From contig OZ024760.1 in assembly GCA_964016885.1 (NCBI GenBank), positions 15,438,001 through 15,502,000 of the forward strand: DNA of 64,000 bases. Reading direction: 5' to 3'. A program made the position numbers and the translations under genes. Source of the stretch: Eledone cirrhosa. Its lineage: Eukaryota. This document shows positions 14,323 through 27,593 of the stretch, in pieces (the stretch's first letter is position 1; every line of letters starts with the position of its first letter). The notes beneath the pieces were generated by a model. The model searched no databases. It saw only the letters and a list, made by a program, of their open reading frames with translations, and had not been told where the DNA came from.

Positions 14323-14547
14323 GAACCAGGTCTGGTTATCATTTATTTTGTTTTGACCTGTTTAGCTTGATTTGGTTTTTGGCCTTGGGTTGTTAATGCC
14401 TTCTTGATCACCTTTTCAGTTTTGTATGGCTTTTTAACACATTGTTTAGCTCTGGGTTTTAACTATTGAGCACTTTGCCAGTATCATTTCTGATTTTTGC
14501 GTTTCGCTTCGCCTTTCCTGCCCGCCGAAATGCGATTCCCGCTGAAT

Positions 14548-14621
<74 letters not shown>

Positions 14622-14841
14622 GGTTATTTAACCTGATTGTATTTTCGTTGTTGTGGTGGCTTCTGTGACTTCGCCCCCTTAACCACAGTTTTCAATTTGT
14701 CATGCCTTTTAACATGTGTTTATTACTCTGAGATGCCGTTCGATTTTACTCACTTCCAGTGTTTATATATATATATTTATATATATATATATATATAGAG
14801 AGACAGTTGAAAATTGCAAACTTGACTGTCACCACACATTA

Positions 14842-14880
14842 TGAACCTGAAGATTGCGAAAGCATGAAAGTACTTGTTCA
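14842..14880 (+). ncRNA. Minimal hammerhead ribozyme motif (39 nt)
   Basis: UGAAC-CUGAAGA-U-UGC(GAAA)GCA-U-GAAAGUACUU-GUUCA; perfect stem I and palindromic stem III. Confidence 0.72.
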
Positions 14881-15184
14881 ATTAACACCTAACATTTAAT
14901 ATTCTACCATACTATTTCATTCTAATACCATTATAAATTTTAAAGGATTGTAAATAAAATGAGTAAATCAGACAAAGTTGGAATTCCTTTTATTAATATA
15001 ATCTTCTATACACAATCATACGCACCCGTGTATATTTATCTATATATATATATATATATTGGAATTTCATATTTTTAAAGAAATACGGTATGTTTATAAA
15101 TAAACTTTTACGTGTATATAAATAAACATTTAGAAAGCCGTAGCTATGCAAAAACACCGGTGTCCAGCAGAAGTAAGGGGGGAC

Positions 15185-15230
15185 AATCGTCGATGCATTT
15201 CGAACTGGACTGGTTCTCATCAGGACGATT
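15185..15230 (-). ncRNA. Canonical minimal type I hammerhead ribozyme motif
   Basis: AAUCGUC-CUGAUGA-GAAC(CAGUCCA)GUUC-GAAAU-GC-AUC-GACGAUU; 7-bp stem I and intact core. The flank (15230-15370) recurs at 61490-61630 without the HHR. Confidence 0.85.
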
Positions 15231-15438
15231 CCTCCCACTCTTTCAACTGCTGGACTTTGAAAACAGTCGAGAATATATAATTTTCTCGTCTGTGTAAATG
15301 ATGTGATTAATCTCATTTGCATATGAAGCTGTATAAATTGGCTCAATTTATAATAAAATAGAATTAAAATATAGCTTCTCTCTCTCTTCTATCTCTTTCT
15401 CTTCTCTCTCTTTTATCCTTCTCTCTCCTCTCTCTCTT

Positions 15439-15473
<35 letters not shown>

Positions 15474-15714
15474 CTCTCTCTTCTATCCCTTCTATCTCTT
15501 CCCTCTCTTTGTCTCCCCCACCTCACTCTCCTTACCCTTCCCTCTCTCCAGAATTCCAAACTCAATGACGTCATATCACAATTAAGGCGAAAATAAAATA
15601 TTGCAGCCGACATTTTTCGCAGATGTGCAAAATACACAAATATTATTATAATTATTTTTCTTTACCTTTTATTTATTATTTTTACAATTTCAGATTTCAT
15701 TATTATATAAAGTG

Positions 15715-16235
15715 CAGTAGATTGACAGTATCTGTTAGACACCATGCTTTGCAGTATAGAGCTACGGCCCTTTACGTTCTGAGTTCAAATCTCTCCGAGG
15801 TTAACTTTGCCTTTCATCCTTACGGGGTCGATAAAATAAAGTACCAGTAATACACTGGGGTAATTGCTGGCCTTGTGGCTAAAGTAGAAACAATGTGGAT
15901 TGGCAGTATTGGTGGAAGATTGGACGCCATGCTTTACAGTATAGAGCTACGGCCCTTTACGATCTGAGTTCAAATCCTGCCGAAGTTAACTTCACCTTTC
16001 ATCCTTACGGGGTCGATAAAATAAAGTACCAGTAACACACTGGTGTAATTGCTGGCCTTGTTCCTAAAGTAGAAACAATTAGTATATAAAGAAATTATTA
16101 TTATTCCGCCGAGGTTAGCTTTGCCTTTCATCATTACGGGGCTCGATAAATAAAGTACCAGTAATGCACTGGGGTTGATTTAATCGAGTTTCCCCTACCA
16201 CCAAATTGTTGGCCTTGTGCCTAAAGTAGAAATAA
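15715..16235 (+). mobile_element. Three tandem copies of an abundant tRNA-derived SINE
   Basis: GAGTTCAAATCC B box and a conserved GCCTTTCATCCTTACGGGGTCGATAAAATAAAGTACCAGT body; partial + copies also near 6575, 12172, 32400, 40150 and 58552. Confidence 0.85.
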
Positions 16236-16254
16236 TTATTACAACCATCGACGT

Positions 16255-16302
16255 TACCACCACCACTGCTACTACAATTACTACTACCACTACTACTACT
16301 AT

Positions 16303-16355
<53 letters not shown>

Positions 16356-16947
16356 ATACATACTACCATTACTGCCACCACTACTACTACTACTTGTACT
16401 ACTACCACTACTACCACCACCACTACTGGTGCTACTACTACCACCACTACTACCACTACTACCACCACCACTACTACCACTACTACCACTACCACCACTA
16501 CTACCACTACTACTACCACTACTACTACCACTACTACTACCACTACTACTACCACTACTACCACCATTACTACTACCACTACTACTACCACCACTACTAC
16601 TACCACCACTACCACCACTACCACTACTACCACTACTAATACCACTACTACTACCACTACTACTACCACTACCACCACTACCACTACCACTACTACCACT
16701 ACTACCACCACTACTACCACTACCACTACTACTACCACCACTACCACCACCACTACCACTACTACCACCAACACTACTACTACCACTACCACCACCACTA
16801 CTACTACCACCACCACTACCACTACCACCACTACCACTACCACTACTACCACTACTACCACCACTACTACCACTACCACTACCACCACCACCACTACTAC
16901 CACTACCACCACCACCACTACTACCACCACCACTACCACTACTACTA
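16255..16947. repeat. (ACT/ACC)n trinucleotide mosaic
   Basis: Direct inspection; similar tracts at 22905-23840, 47972-48240 and 58780-59210. Confidence 0.95.
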
Positions 16948-17147
16948 TCATTATTTGTAGTTTACAAATTCCATTTTAAGATTTCTTCAAAAAAAAATAA
17001 ATTGCTTTTAATTGCTTGAAGAATTTTGTTCATTTAATTTGCCAAAAATAACAATAAAAGGAATATTAACTTTAAAAGAATATATACACACATATGTACA
17101 CATATATATATATACACACATATGTACATATATATATATATATACAC

Positions 17148-17184
<37 letters not shown>

Positions 17185-17281
17185 CATATATATACAAAGA
17201 CATATATATATATATACATAGATACTGTATATATATGCTCAAACCTGCATACTGAGGTGTCGGTAAACAACACGCACACGC

Positions 17282-17335
<54 letters not shown>

Positions 17336-17723
17336 CACACACACATGTATATATATTTATATATATATACACATACGCACACACACACACACACACTCTC
17401 TCTCTCTTATATATACATATGCACACATATATACATGTATATATATACACACGTATATATATACATACATTCATACATACATACATACATACACGTCTGT
17501 GCGTATATGTGTGTTGTGTTCTCAATATTTAGAAATGTTTTGCATATTCTTATGAATTACTTGGAATTCGTTTATAAACTATGTCCACATCAATGTTTCT
17601 AGACTTTCACAGTGCCATCTTCAGCATGAAGTGATATTGGTGTGTGTTTCAGCTTCTTTTACACTCAACAGGCAGAACAACTCTCCGTGGTACAAACATT
17701 AGGTCCCATGTTTGAAGTCTGTC

Positions 17724-17754
<31 letters not shown>

Positions 17755-18154
17755 ATTTCACCGAGATTCGTATTTCGGCTGCGGTCGAAAACAAGGCGAA
17801 ACGCAATATCCGAATTCTGCTGGCAAGCGCTCCATGGACCAAATAAAGACCAGAGCAATAAACATAGGTTATAGATGGCGGTCAAGAAGCCATCAACCAC
17901 CTAAGACAAAAAGAAAAGGCAAGCCAAACAGGCCAAACAAAATAATTGAAATATGGGATAACTCTGCACTTGTCGTCACATGATACCATGGGCCCAGCAC
18001 TATGTGTCAATAATTGTCACAAGTGTAGTGTTTGTACCAGAGTTTTCAAGTCGCTGGCTGGACTAAAAAGTCACACTCGTTCAGCGCATCGGTAAGGGTT
18101 CTCCTACATAGATATAAAGTAGTGGCCGTACTCGAAAACGAGTTGGCAGCCACC

Positions 18155-18186
<32 letters not shown>

Positions 18187-18304
18187 GTATATATATATGT
18201 ATATATATATGTATATATATATGTATATATATATGTATATATATATGTATATATATATGTATATATATATGTGTATATATATATGTGTATATATATATGT
18301 TTAT

Positions 18305-18912
18305 GTCAGGTCACCAGTTGGTGCTACTGGTAACATGTATCCCAGTACAACCTGTCCCATGGTCGGGTCGTTGGCGACTAAACTGGCAACCCCACCAAGG
18401 TTTCTTGGTGAGGAGGGTGACTTTGGACATCCTGCAGGACTAAAAACAAAACCTGTCAAAGGGCAAAGGAGCTCTTAAGAGTCAATGGCCATCCAAAATC
18501 ACCGGGAGAGATGACCCCTTAGCCTTTGTCAAGGCAGAATTCTAGGAGAAGGAAAACTCTGATATAACACCTGCAACCCTGATGGTATCCAATGATGTTG
18601 ACTTGTTCTTCTTTTTGGTAAATATCATCTTGGTTAAGAGAGTGGGACTGGCTTTGTGCAGTGCCTTTGCTCACTATAAAAGCTTCACGGCACAGGCATT
18701 GCTTTATATCTGGAGATCTCTCTGCACTTGTCGTCACATGGTACCATGGGCCCAGCACTATGTGTCAGTAATTGTCACAAGTGTAGTGTTTGTACCAGAG
18801 TTTTCAAGTCGCTGGCTGGACTAAAAAGTCACACGCGTTCAGCGCATCGGTAGGGGTTCTCCTACATGGATATAAAGTAGTGGCCGTACTCGAAAACGAG
18901 TTGGCAGCCACC
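18305..18912 (+). mobile_element. Young ~600-bp non-autonomous retroposon, resembling an RTE 5'-UTR derivative
   Basis: Near-identical copies at 59855-60310 and 17964-18155 (3' part), diverged piece at 10037-10190; microsatellite tails. The RTE relationship is inferred. Confidence 0.65.
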
Positions 18913-20334
18913 ATATATATATGTATATATATATATGTATATATATATGTGTATATATATATATGTGTATATATATATATGTGTATATATATATGTGTAT
19001 ATATATATGTGTATATATATATGTGTATATATATATGTGTATATATATATATGTGTATATATATATATGTGTATATATATATGTGTATATATATATGTGT
19101 ATATATATATATATGTATATATATATATGTGTATATATATGTGTATATATATATGTATATATATATATGTATATATATATATGTATATATATATGTATAT
19201 ATATATATGTGTATATATGTGTGTATATATGTGTATATATATGTGTATATATATGTATATATATATGTATATATATATGTGTATATATGTGTATATATAT
19301 GTGTATATATATGTGTATATATATATGCGTATATATATATGTGTATATATATGTGTATATATATGTGTATATATATGTGTATATGTACATGTATATATGT
19401 ACATGTGTATATGTATGTATATATATATATAACGTATGTATAAGCAGATTATGGTTTCAATTCCAAAGCCCACCAGTCTCCTAAGCAGAGAAAGTTAAAC
19501 CACACCTAAGGATTAGTGCCAAATGAGGACCAGGCCACCCAGCTAACAGCACGGTGGAGGGCGGTGTGTCATTGATTTCTGCAGGGGTGAGGTGAAGCAA
19601 GGATGACGGGGGGGGGGTCACACAATTTAAAAGGCATAGCGATGGTAGAACGGGGTGTATATAAGCGGGTGGGTGGGAGTAAAACGGCGGACGGAATGAG
19701 TGGCAGGGGGCGGGAGAGGAGGGGCAGAGAGCGGAGAGTAAGGAGAGGCAGGGGGGGATAGGAGAGGGAGGGGAGGAAACTGGGGAGGAGGTGGAGAGAC
19801 AGGGGGAATAGGGGAGGAAAGTGAAGAGGAAGAGAATGAAGCGGAGGAAGCGAAGCAGAAAAAGAAGACAACCTATAATTTTTAAAAGCATTTTGAAAAG
19901 GAATATATGTTGTAAATAGTTTAATAGAAAATGGAGGAAAAAATGAATTTAGATTGAGAAGTATGGAATGTAAAATAGGGAAATATAAAGAGAAAGAGAG
20001 AAAAAACGGAAGGGGGGGCGGCTGTCAAAGGCTCTAGTGTCACAGAAGAATGGGCAGGGGGGGGGGGGAGATTGGGCCCGGGGCTGAGGGTGCGGCGGTG
20101 GTGGTAGAGAGGCTGCGTCCCGTGGACAAGACAGCAAAAGCATTCCCTTGCACAATGACCAGTGATACCCGCTGTAGCAGCCACCCCCACCTTGCCTGGT
20201 TCCTTCCTTCCTTAGACGGGCCGCCGCCGAGATGCTCCAATCATGTGAAAGGGAGGAGCTCAACTGTTGCGGGGCTCCAAGTACGCCTGACGTCACAACG
20301 GCGACCACTGCGCACACATTTGGAGGTATTTTAT

Positions 20335-20690
20335 GTCTTCGTTTTCGTCTCCTTCTTCGCCTTTTTCTTCTTCGTCTCCTTCTTCGCCTTCGCCTTCGCC
20401 TTTTTCTTCTTCGCCTTCTTCTTCGCCTTCTTCTTCGCCTTCTTCTTCGCCTTCTTCTTCGCCTTCGCCTTCGCCTTTTTCTCCTTCGCCTTCTTCTTCG
20501 CCTTCTTCGCCTTCTTCTTCGCCTTCTTCTTCGCCTTCTTCTTCGCCTTCTTCTTCGCCTTCGCCTTTTTCTCCTTCGCCTTCTTCTTCGCCTTCTTCTT
20601 CGCCTTCTTCTTCGCCTTTTTCTCCTTCGCCTTCTTCTTCGCCTTCGCCTTCTTCGCCTTCTTCTTCTTCTTCTTCTTCTTCGCCTTCAT
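20335..20690. repeat. (CTT)n/CGCCTT composite repeat inside a GC-rich island
   Basis: Direct inspection; open in all three minus-strand frames across the repeat. Confidence 0.9.
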
Positions 20691-21042
20691 CATCTGACCC
20701 ATGCTCACGCCCACCACCACCTCCACCATTTCCAGCATGCATTTGATATGGTGGTGGTGGTGGTGGTGGGCGTTTGGTTGTTTTTCTTTCTCCTTCGTCA
20801 ACTGGTCCCCACCGCCGCCGCCACCGCCACCTACCACTGTCAACAGCAACAACAACAACAACAACAACCTGCATCTGATAGTATTTCTTCAACAAGTGTC
20901 TCTCCTCCTCCTCCTCCCAATCACGCTAAGCAACTGTTACCCTGGAGACGGTACAATGACCGTCCAACGTCTGCCGTCGGGTTTCTTGGCTGTTCTGGGA
21001 AAACGATTTCAACATTGGGACTTTTGTTGTTGTAAGCAGAAA

Positions 21043-21084
<42 letters not shown>

Positions 21085-21178
21085 TATATATATATATATA
21101 TATATATTCATATATATATATATATATATTCATATATACATATATATATATATATGAATATATATATATATATATATA

Positions 21179-21252
<74 letters not shown>

Positions 21253-21307
21253 TATATATATATATATATATATATATTCATATATATATATATATATATA
21301 TATATTC

Positions 21308-21345
<38 letters not shown>

Positions 21346-21587
21346 ATATATTCATAAATATTCATATATGTATATATGCATGCACGTATATACATACACG
21401 TGTATATATATATATATATAGACACACATACATATATATGTATATAGACACACACACATACACGTGTATATATATATATATATATATATACATATATATG
21501 TAGACACACACACATACACGTGTATATATATACACACACACATAAATCAACTGACTTGCAGTCATGCTGGGACACAGACACACAATC

Positions 21588-21647
<60 letters not shown>

Positions 21648-22105
21648 TTCGTTAAAACATTATTAATCTAAACAGGGAATATCAATTGTGGTTTAAGATT
21701 GTTTAAGATAAGTTGATAAAATAGAGTATCACGATTATATAATTCAAAATGTTAAGTTTTAATAAAATACTTCAACACGGTGACAATGGCTATAATTAAT
21801 CCAGCTCGAACTATTGTAAAGTGTAAAAATGTTCTCCGCAGACTCGATTCGTCTTCTGTAGACTCGATTTCTTAGCCATAATCTGCCCCCCATTGGCCTT
21901 CAATATTTGAAATGTTATTTTTGTTATTTTTTCCTCTTTTCTCTTTTTAATTTTCATTTTAGTTTTTTTTTTATTTTAGTTTTTATTACTTTCTCACTAG
22001 CTCTTTTTGATTTGATTACCAACTGTAAGGAATACTCGACATTTCTCTGAGTCTGTCGTGGCTTACTAGCTCTATACGGGCGTTTAAGTTGAATAAATAA
22101 ATAAA

Positions 22106-22136
<31 letters not shown>

Positions 22137-22515
22137 CCAGCTTGACAATACTGATTATTTGCAATGCTTCCCTTAAACAAAGATTGCATTTAGTTCCGCC
22201 ATCGCTCCAGAGATGATTTGCGGAATTAATATCCCACTTAAGAGAGTATCTCATGTTTTCGCTTTTTAAGTATCGGTTTAAGTTTGCTCAAGAAATAGAA
22301 ATTTAAATTTTAAAATTTTTAATTTTCAATACATATATATAGACATATTTATATATATATATGTATATATATAGGCATACTTATATATATATATATATAT
22401 ATATATATAGGCATACTTATATATATATATATATATATATATATAGGCATACTTATATATATATATATATATATATATATAGGCATACTTATATATATAT
22501 ATATATATATATATA

Positions 22516-22571
<56 letters not shown>

Positions 22572-22677
22572 CATATATATATATACACACACATATATAT
22601 AGGCATATATATATATATACACACACATATATATAAGCATATATATATATATACGCAGACACACACACACATATATA

Positions 22678-22720
<43 letters not shown>

Positions 22721-22721
22721 G

Positions 22722-22799
<78 letters not shown>

Positions 22800-23541
22800 T
22801 GTATATGTAATATTTCAAAACAGCTGATCCGTTTATAATTCAATTTTGCAATCTCTGTTTAGTCTAGTAACCTAAATTACTGCAGACGATCATGTTAAGA
22901 AAATAAATACCGCCACCGCCACCACCACCACTAGCATCACACACCACCACCGCCGCCGCCACTAGCATCCCACACACCACCTCCGCCACCACCACCACCA
23001 CACCCACCTTCATCATCCACCAGACAATCGCCACCATTATGCACCACCATTACTACTACTACTACTACTACTACCACCACTACTATCACTACCACCACTA
23101 CTACCACTACCACCATCACCACCACCACCACCACCACTGCTACCACCACAACTACTACCACTACCACAACTACTACCACCACCACTACCACCACCACCAC
23201 CACCACTATCATCACTACCACTACCACCATCACCACCACCACCACCACCACCACTACCACTACCACTGCCACTCACCACTACTACCACCACTACCACCAC
23301 AACTATTACCACTACCACAACTACTACCACCACCACTACCATCACTACCACCACCACTACCACCACCACTACCACTACCACCACCACCACCACTACCACC
23401 ACTACCACTACCACTACCACCACCACTACCACCACCACTACCATCACCACTACCACCACTACTACCACCACCACTACCACCACCACTACCACCACCACTA
23501 CCACCACCACCACCACTACCACTACCACTACCACCACCACT

Positions 23542-23585
<44 letters not shown>

Positions 23586-23709
23586 CACTACCACCACCAC
23601 TACCACTACTACCACTACCACTACCACTACCACTACCACTACCACCACTACCACCACCACTACCACCACCACCACCACTACCACTACCACTACCACTACC
23701 ACCACCACT

Positions 23710-23750
<41 letters not shown>

Positions 23751-24373
23751 CACTACCACCACCACTACTACCACTACCACTACCACTACCACCACTACCA
23801 CCGCCACTATCACCACTACCACCACCACTACTACTATTCTGCCACCCCATCCCCACTCATCCACCCATTAGAAAGAAGAAAACGGCTCAGGGGACAAACG
23901 AGTGCATTTGGTTGTTGAACACACACATAGACACACACAGACAGACACACACAGACAGACACACACACACACACACACAGACACAGACACAGACACAGAC
24001 ACACAGACACAGACACAGACACAGACACACACATACACAGACACATAGTCTTACACACATAACTGCACACATACGCATATGCAGACACACACACAACGAA
24101 GAAATAAATGCTTGTGAAAACTTACGTATTCAAATATTGAAGTGTGTGTGTGTGTGTGTGTGTGTACACCAAAGGCAAAGAAATCCTCCGTCAGTTTCTG
24201 CGATGAGTATTGCAATGCTTCTTAAAATGTGAACTACTACCGTTTGGATAATAAAGTACATGAGTATTCTACTAGCACAGACACGTGTATCCTAGCGCTG
24301 CAGTGTTACTAGCACCCCGTCCCGTCAAGCCCAGGAGCGCTATAGGTCATGTATTTTACAACCCATACAAATA

Positions 24374-24963
24374 CAGTAGAACCTCGTAGTACGAGTTTAA
24401 TTCGTTCCATGACCAATTTACACGCTTTATAAATAAATTTTCCCCATTGAAATTATGGACAGTCGATCGACTTTCATCAAATCTGGCCGAGGAAACAACT
24501 TTTCCTTTGGTCTCTCCAATTGCTAATACTATCTATCGGTCGCAACTCCATGTAGGAGCAACGTGAAATAAAGTGTCTTGTTCAAGGACATAACGCATCG
24601 CCTGGTCCAGGAATCGAATCTACAACCTCACGATTGCGAATCTAGTTCTCTAACCACTCAGCTACGCGCCTTCAAATTGAAATTAATTAGAATACAAATA
24701 TACAGTTCCAGCCCACCAAAACCACCCAAAATCATATTTATGGGTTTTAAAACAGAAAAGGTGGAGTTACAAGGAAAATGACAATTATAAAAACATAATA
24801 AAAGCGAATGCAGAAGAAATACGTAAACTGGTTTTATTAATTGCATGAAACTAACTCGTTCTGCGGAATTCCACTCGTACTACGAGACGAAAAATTCTCA
24901 CGAACCTCGGCTGTACAGCAAATTACTGGTACCATGAGGCACTCGTACTACGAAGTTCTGCTG
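24374..24963. mobile_element. pogo/Tigger-like MITE containing a nested SINE
   Basis: TIRs CAGTAGAACCTCGTAGTACGAGT / ACTCGTACTACGAAGTTCTGCTG flanked by TA. Confidence 0.8.
24548..24673 (-). mobile_element. tRNA-derived CORE-like SINE
   Basis: A and B boxes plus a CCTTGAACAAGACACTT core; homologous to 61088-61350. Confidence 0.75.
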
Positions 24964-25270
24964 TATAAGAAATCGGATGCCGTGGTGTGGAAACAGCAAT
25001 GGCATCAAAAGCACAAGTGCGCTGGATTTGCTTCATGAAAGATTTTACTTGAATGTCCGAATCACTGGAATGAAAAAATGAAAGAAATTTAAATATTTAG
25101 TTCTGTTGGTAGGTTTATGTGTCTTTGTAATTACCGGCGCTACATTTCAGACGTTTGTCCTTCATCGGAAGATAGAATGAGGGATTGAAGAAGAATTACA
25201 TAGACGAGAGTAAGAAACGGAATTTTTTTACAAGGGGAAAGCGGAAAGCAAGTGTGTGTTTAGTCAGCCA

Positions 25271-25323
<53 letters not shown>

Positions 25324-25921
25324 TATATATGTGTGTGTATGTATGGAAAAAGTAAACAGAAATAACAACACAACTGTACAGTATATAGAAGGGATATATT
25401 AGGTTAACACTTGATATAGCAGGAAGAGGATCTTAACGTTTCGGACGCTAGTACTTTATCAGAAGAAAGAATGAGAAATAAAATAGATTGAGGGGACGGG
25501 CGGGATGGAATCTGAAAAAATGTCTTTAGATAAAAGTAACAGGTCCATTCATGTTGACATCTCTTGCAAAACTGTTGGTGCTGGCGTTTTGTGTATGATT
25601 TATTTTTTAGAAAAGTAGATGATGGAGCGCGTCTGCCTGAAATGAAAAAAAAAACGTTTTGTAAAAAGAGCTATACTTGAGCACGTGCGTAAGCATGTGG
25701 GTGGGGGAGGGGGGTTTATCGAATATTATGATGATTATTATTCAATAAACCCATACTTACGTTTACATAATCTGCTACGCTAGAGCGAAAAACCAAATTC
25801 TACTGCATATACTATATATATACTGTATATATATATATAAACATAGTCACACTCTACTATCCCAAGTATCGAGTACTCTGCTGAATAATGGTCCTACTAG
25901 TTTAAAAATGGTAAAATCCTG

Positions 25922-25954
<33 letters not shown>

Positions 25955-26140
25955 TGTTTCTTCTTTTGGCACAAGGCCAGCGTTTACCACAGTGCATCAC
26001 TGGTACTTTATTTTATCGACCCCGTAAGGATGAAAGGCAAAGTTAACCTTGGCGGGAATTGAACTCAGTACACAAAGGGCCATAACTGTATGTTGCAAAG
26101 CATGGTGTCTGACGCTCTACCGATACTGCCAAACTACCGC
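25955..26140 (-). mobile_element. tRNA-derived SINE (same family as 15715)
   Basis: Reverse-complement match to the family. Confidence 0.85.
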
Positions 26141-26210
<70 letters not shown>

Positions 26211-26214
26211 TCTT

Positions 26215-26281
<67 letters not shown>

Positions 26282-26654
26282 TATCACATTTATACAATAT
26301 ATGTCAAGAGTTAAACTAAACCTGACCTGAAATATGCTCCCAAATTTTTATAAATGACAACAATAGCAGTTATAACCTTCAAATTTCACCACAAGACATT
26401 ATATTCACACACAGAAAAAAGACAAAATAAAACCCCGTTTCCACATTCCAACACACAATAAACATTTTAACTGAAATACATGCTTTGTTTATAAACCTTT
26501 TTTGCTGCAAAACTGGAACAGTGTCATATATACAACCGCATACTTTACGCCAAAATATCATATCAAAATCTTACTTCGTCTTTTACATTGAAATTATAAA
26601 TATAGCCATGTAAAAGTATAGTTGTGGTGAGAAATTCTCAGGATAGCTAAATAT

Positions 26655-26885
26655 TAGGTCTTCAGGGAAGAAACTCTCAGGGAAGCTGAACAGCAGAAGG
26701 TTTTCAGAGAAGAAACTCTCAGGAGAGCTGGGCAACAGAAGGTCTTCAGAGAAGAAACTCTCAGGAGAGCTGGACAGCAGAAGGTTTTCAGAGAAGAAAC
26801 TCTCAGGAGAGCTGGACAGCAGAAGGTCTTCGGAGAAGAAACTCTCAGGAAAGCTGGACAGCAGAAGGTCTTCAAAGAAGAAACC
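26655..26885. repeat. 42-bp minisatellite, ~5.5 copies
   Basis: Unit GAAGAAACTCTCAGGAGAGCTGGACAGCAGAAGGTCTTCAGA. Confidence 0.92.
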
Positions 26886-27052
26886 CCACCCAAGAAAGTG
26901 TTCCGGCCCTTAACTTTTATGTGTTTGCGTATATAACGTTTTTGGCAAGCTATTATTATTTTTTTTTTTTTTTTTTTTTCAAAATATGAGTGCGTCTTAT
27001 ATTCCGAATTTCGAAAGCAATATATCTACAACAAAGCAAAACAAAAAAAAGA

Positions 27053-27215
27053 TTGTTTCTACATTTGGCACAAGGCCAGCAATTACCCCAGTACATTACG
27101 GGTACTTTACCTTATCGACCCCGTAAGGATGAAAGGCAAAGTTAACCTCGGCGGGATTTTGAACTCAGACCGTAAAGGGACATAACTCTATGCTGCAACG
27201 CATAGCATCCGACCC
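27053..27215 (-). mobile_element. tRNA-derived SINE
   Basis: Family match. Confidence 0.85.
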
Positions 27216-27417
27216 TTTTTTATGGAGGAGCTCGGCTGTACGGGGGTCCCTAGGTCTCAACAATGACCGGTACAAAGAGGCATTTAATCCGACACTCTCA
27301 ATGACTTTGCCAATTCTTATTAACAGCATTCACGTATAAAAAACATGAAAACATTCTAACCTAACTTCTATGCATACTGTCCCCGTGTATGGAAAGTTCT
27401 CCTTACTGCCATACATT

Positions 27418-27593
27418 ACTATTTTACTGCGGCCATTCTGGGGCACCACTATTTTACTGCTTTCAGTCATTAGACTGCGGCCATTTTGGGGCACCACTAT
27501 TTTACTGCTTTCAGTCATTAGACTGCGGCCATTCTGGGGCACCACTATTTTACTGCTTTCAGTCATTAGACTGCGGCCATTCTGGGGCACCAC
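27418..27593. repeat. 48-bp minisatellite, ~3.5 copies
   Basis: Unit ACTATTTTACTGCTTTCAGTCATTAGACTGCGGCCATTCTGGGGCACC. Confidence 0.92.

Noticed and set aside
16115-17019. Long poly-Val or Pro/Leu ORFs (also 23037-24232 and 58766-59218)
   Set aside because: Stop-free frames of trinucleotide mosaics.
18519-18824. Conserved ~80-aa ORFs repeated at 59916-60221
   Set aside because: Identity reflects recent transposition of a repeat; no recognisable domain.
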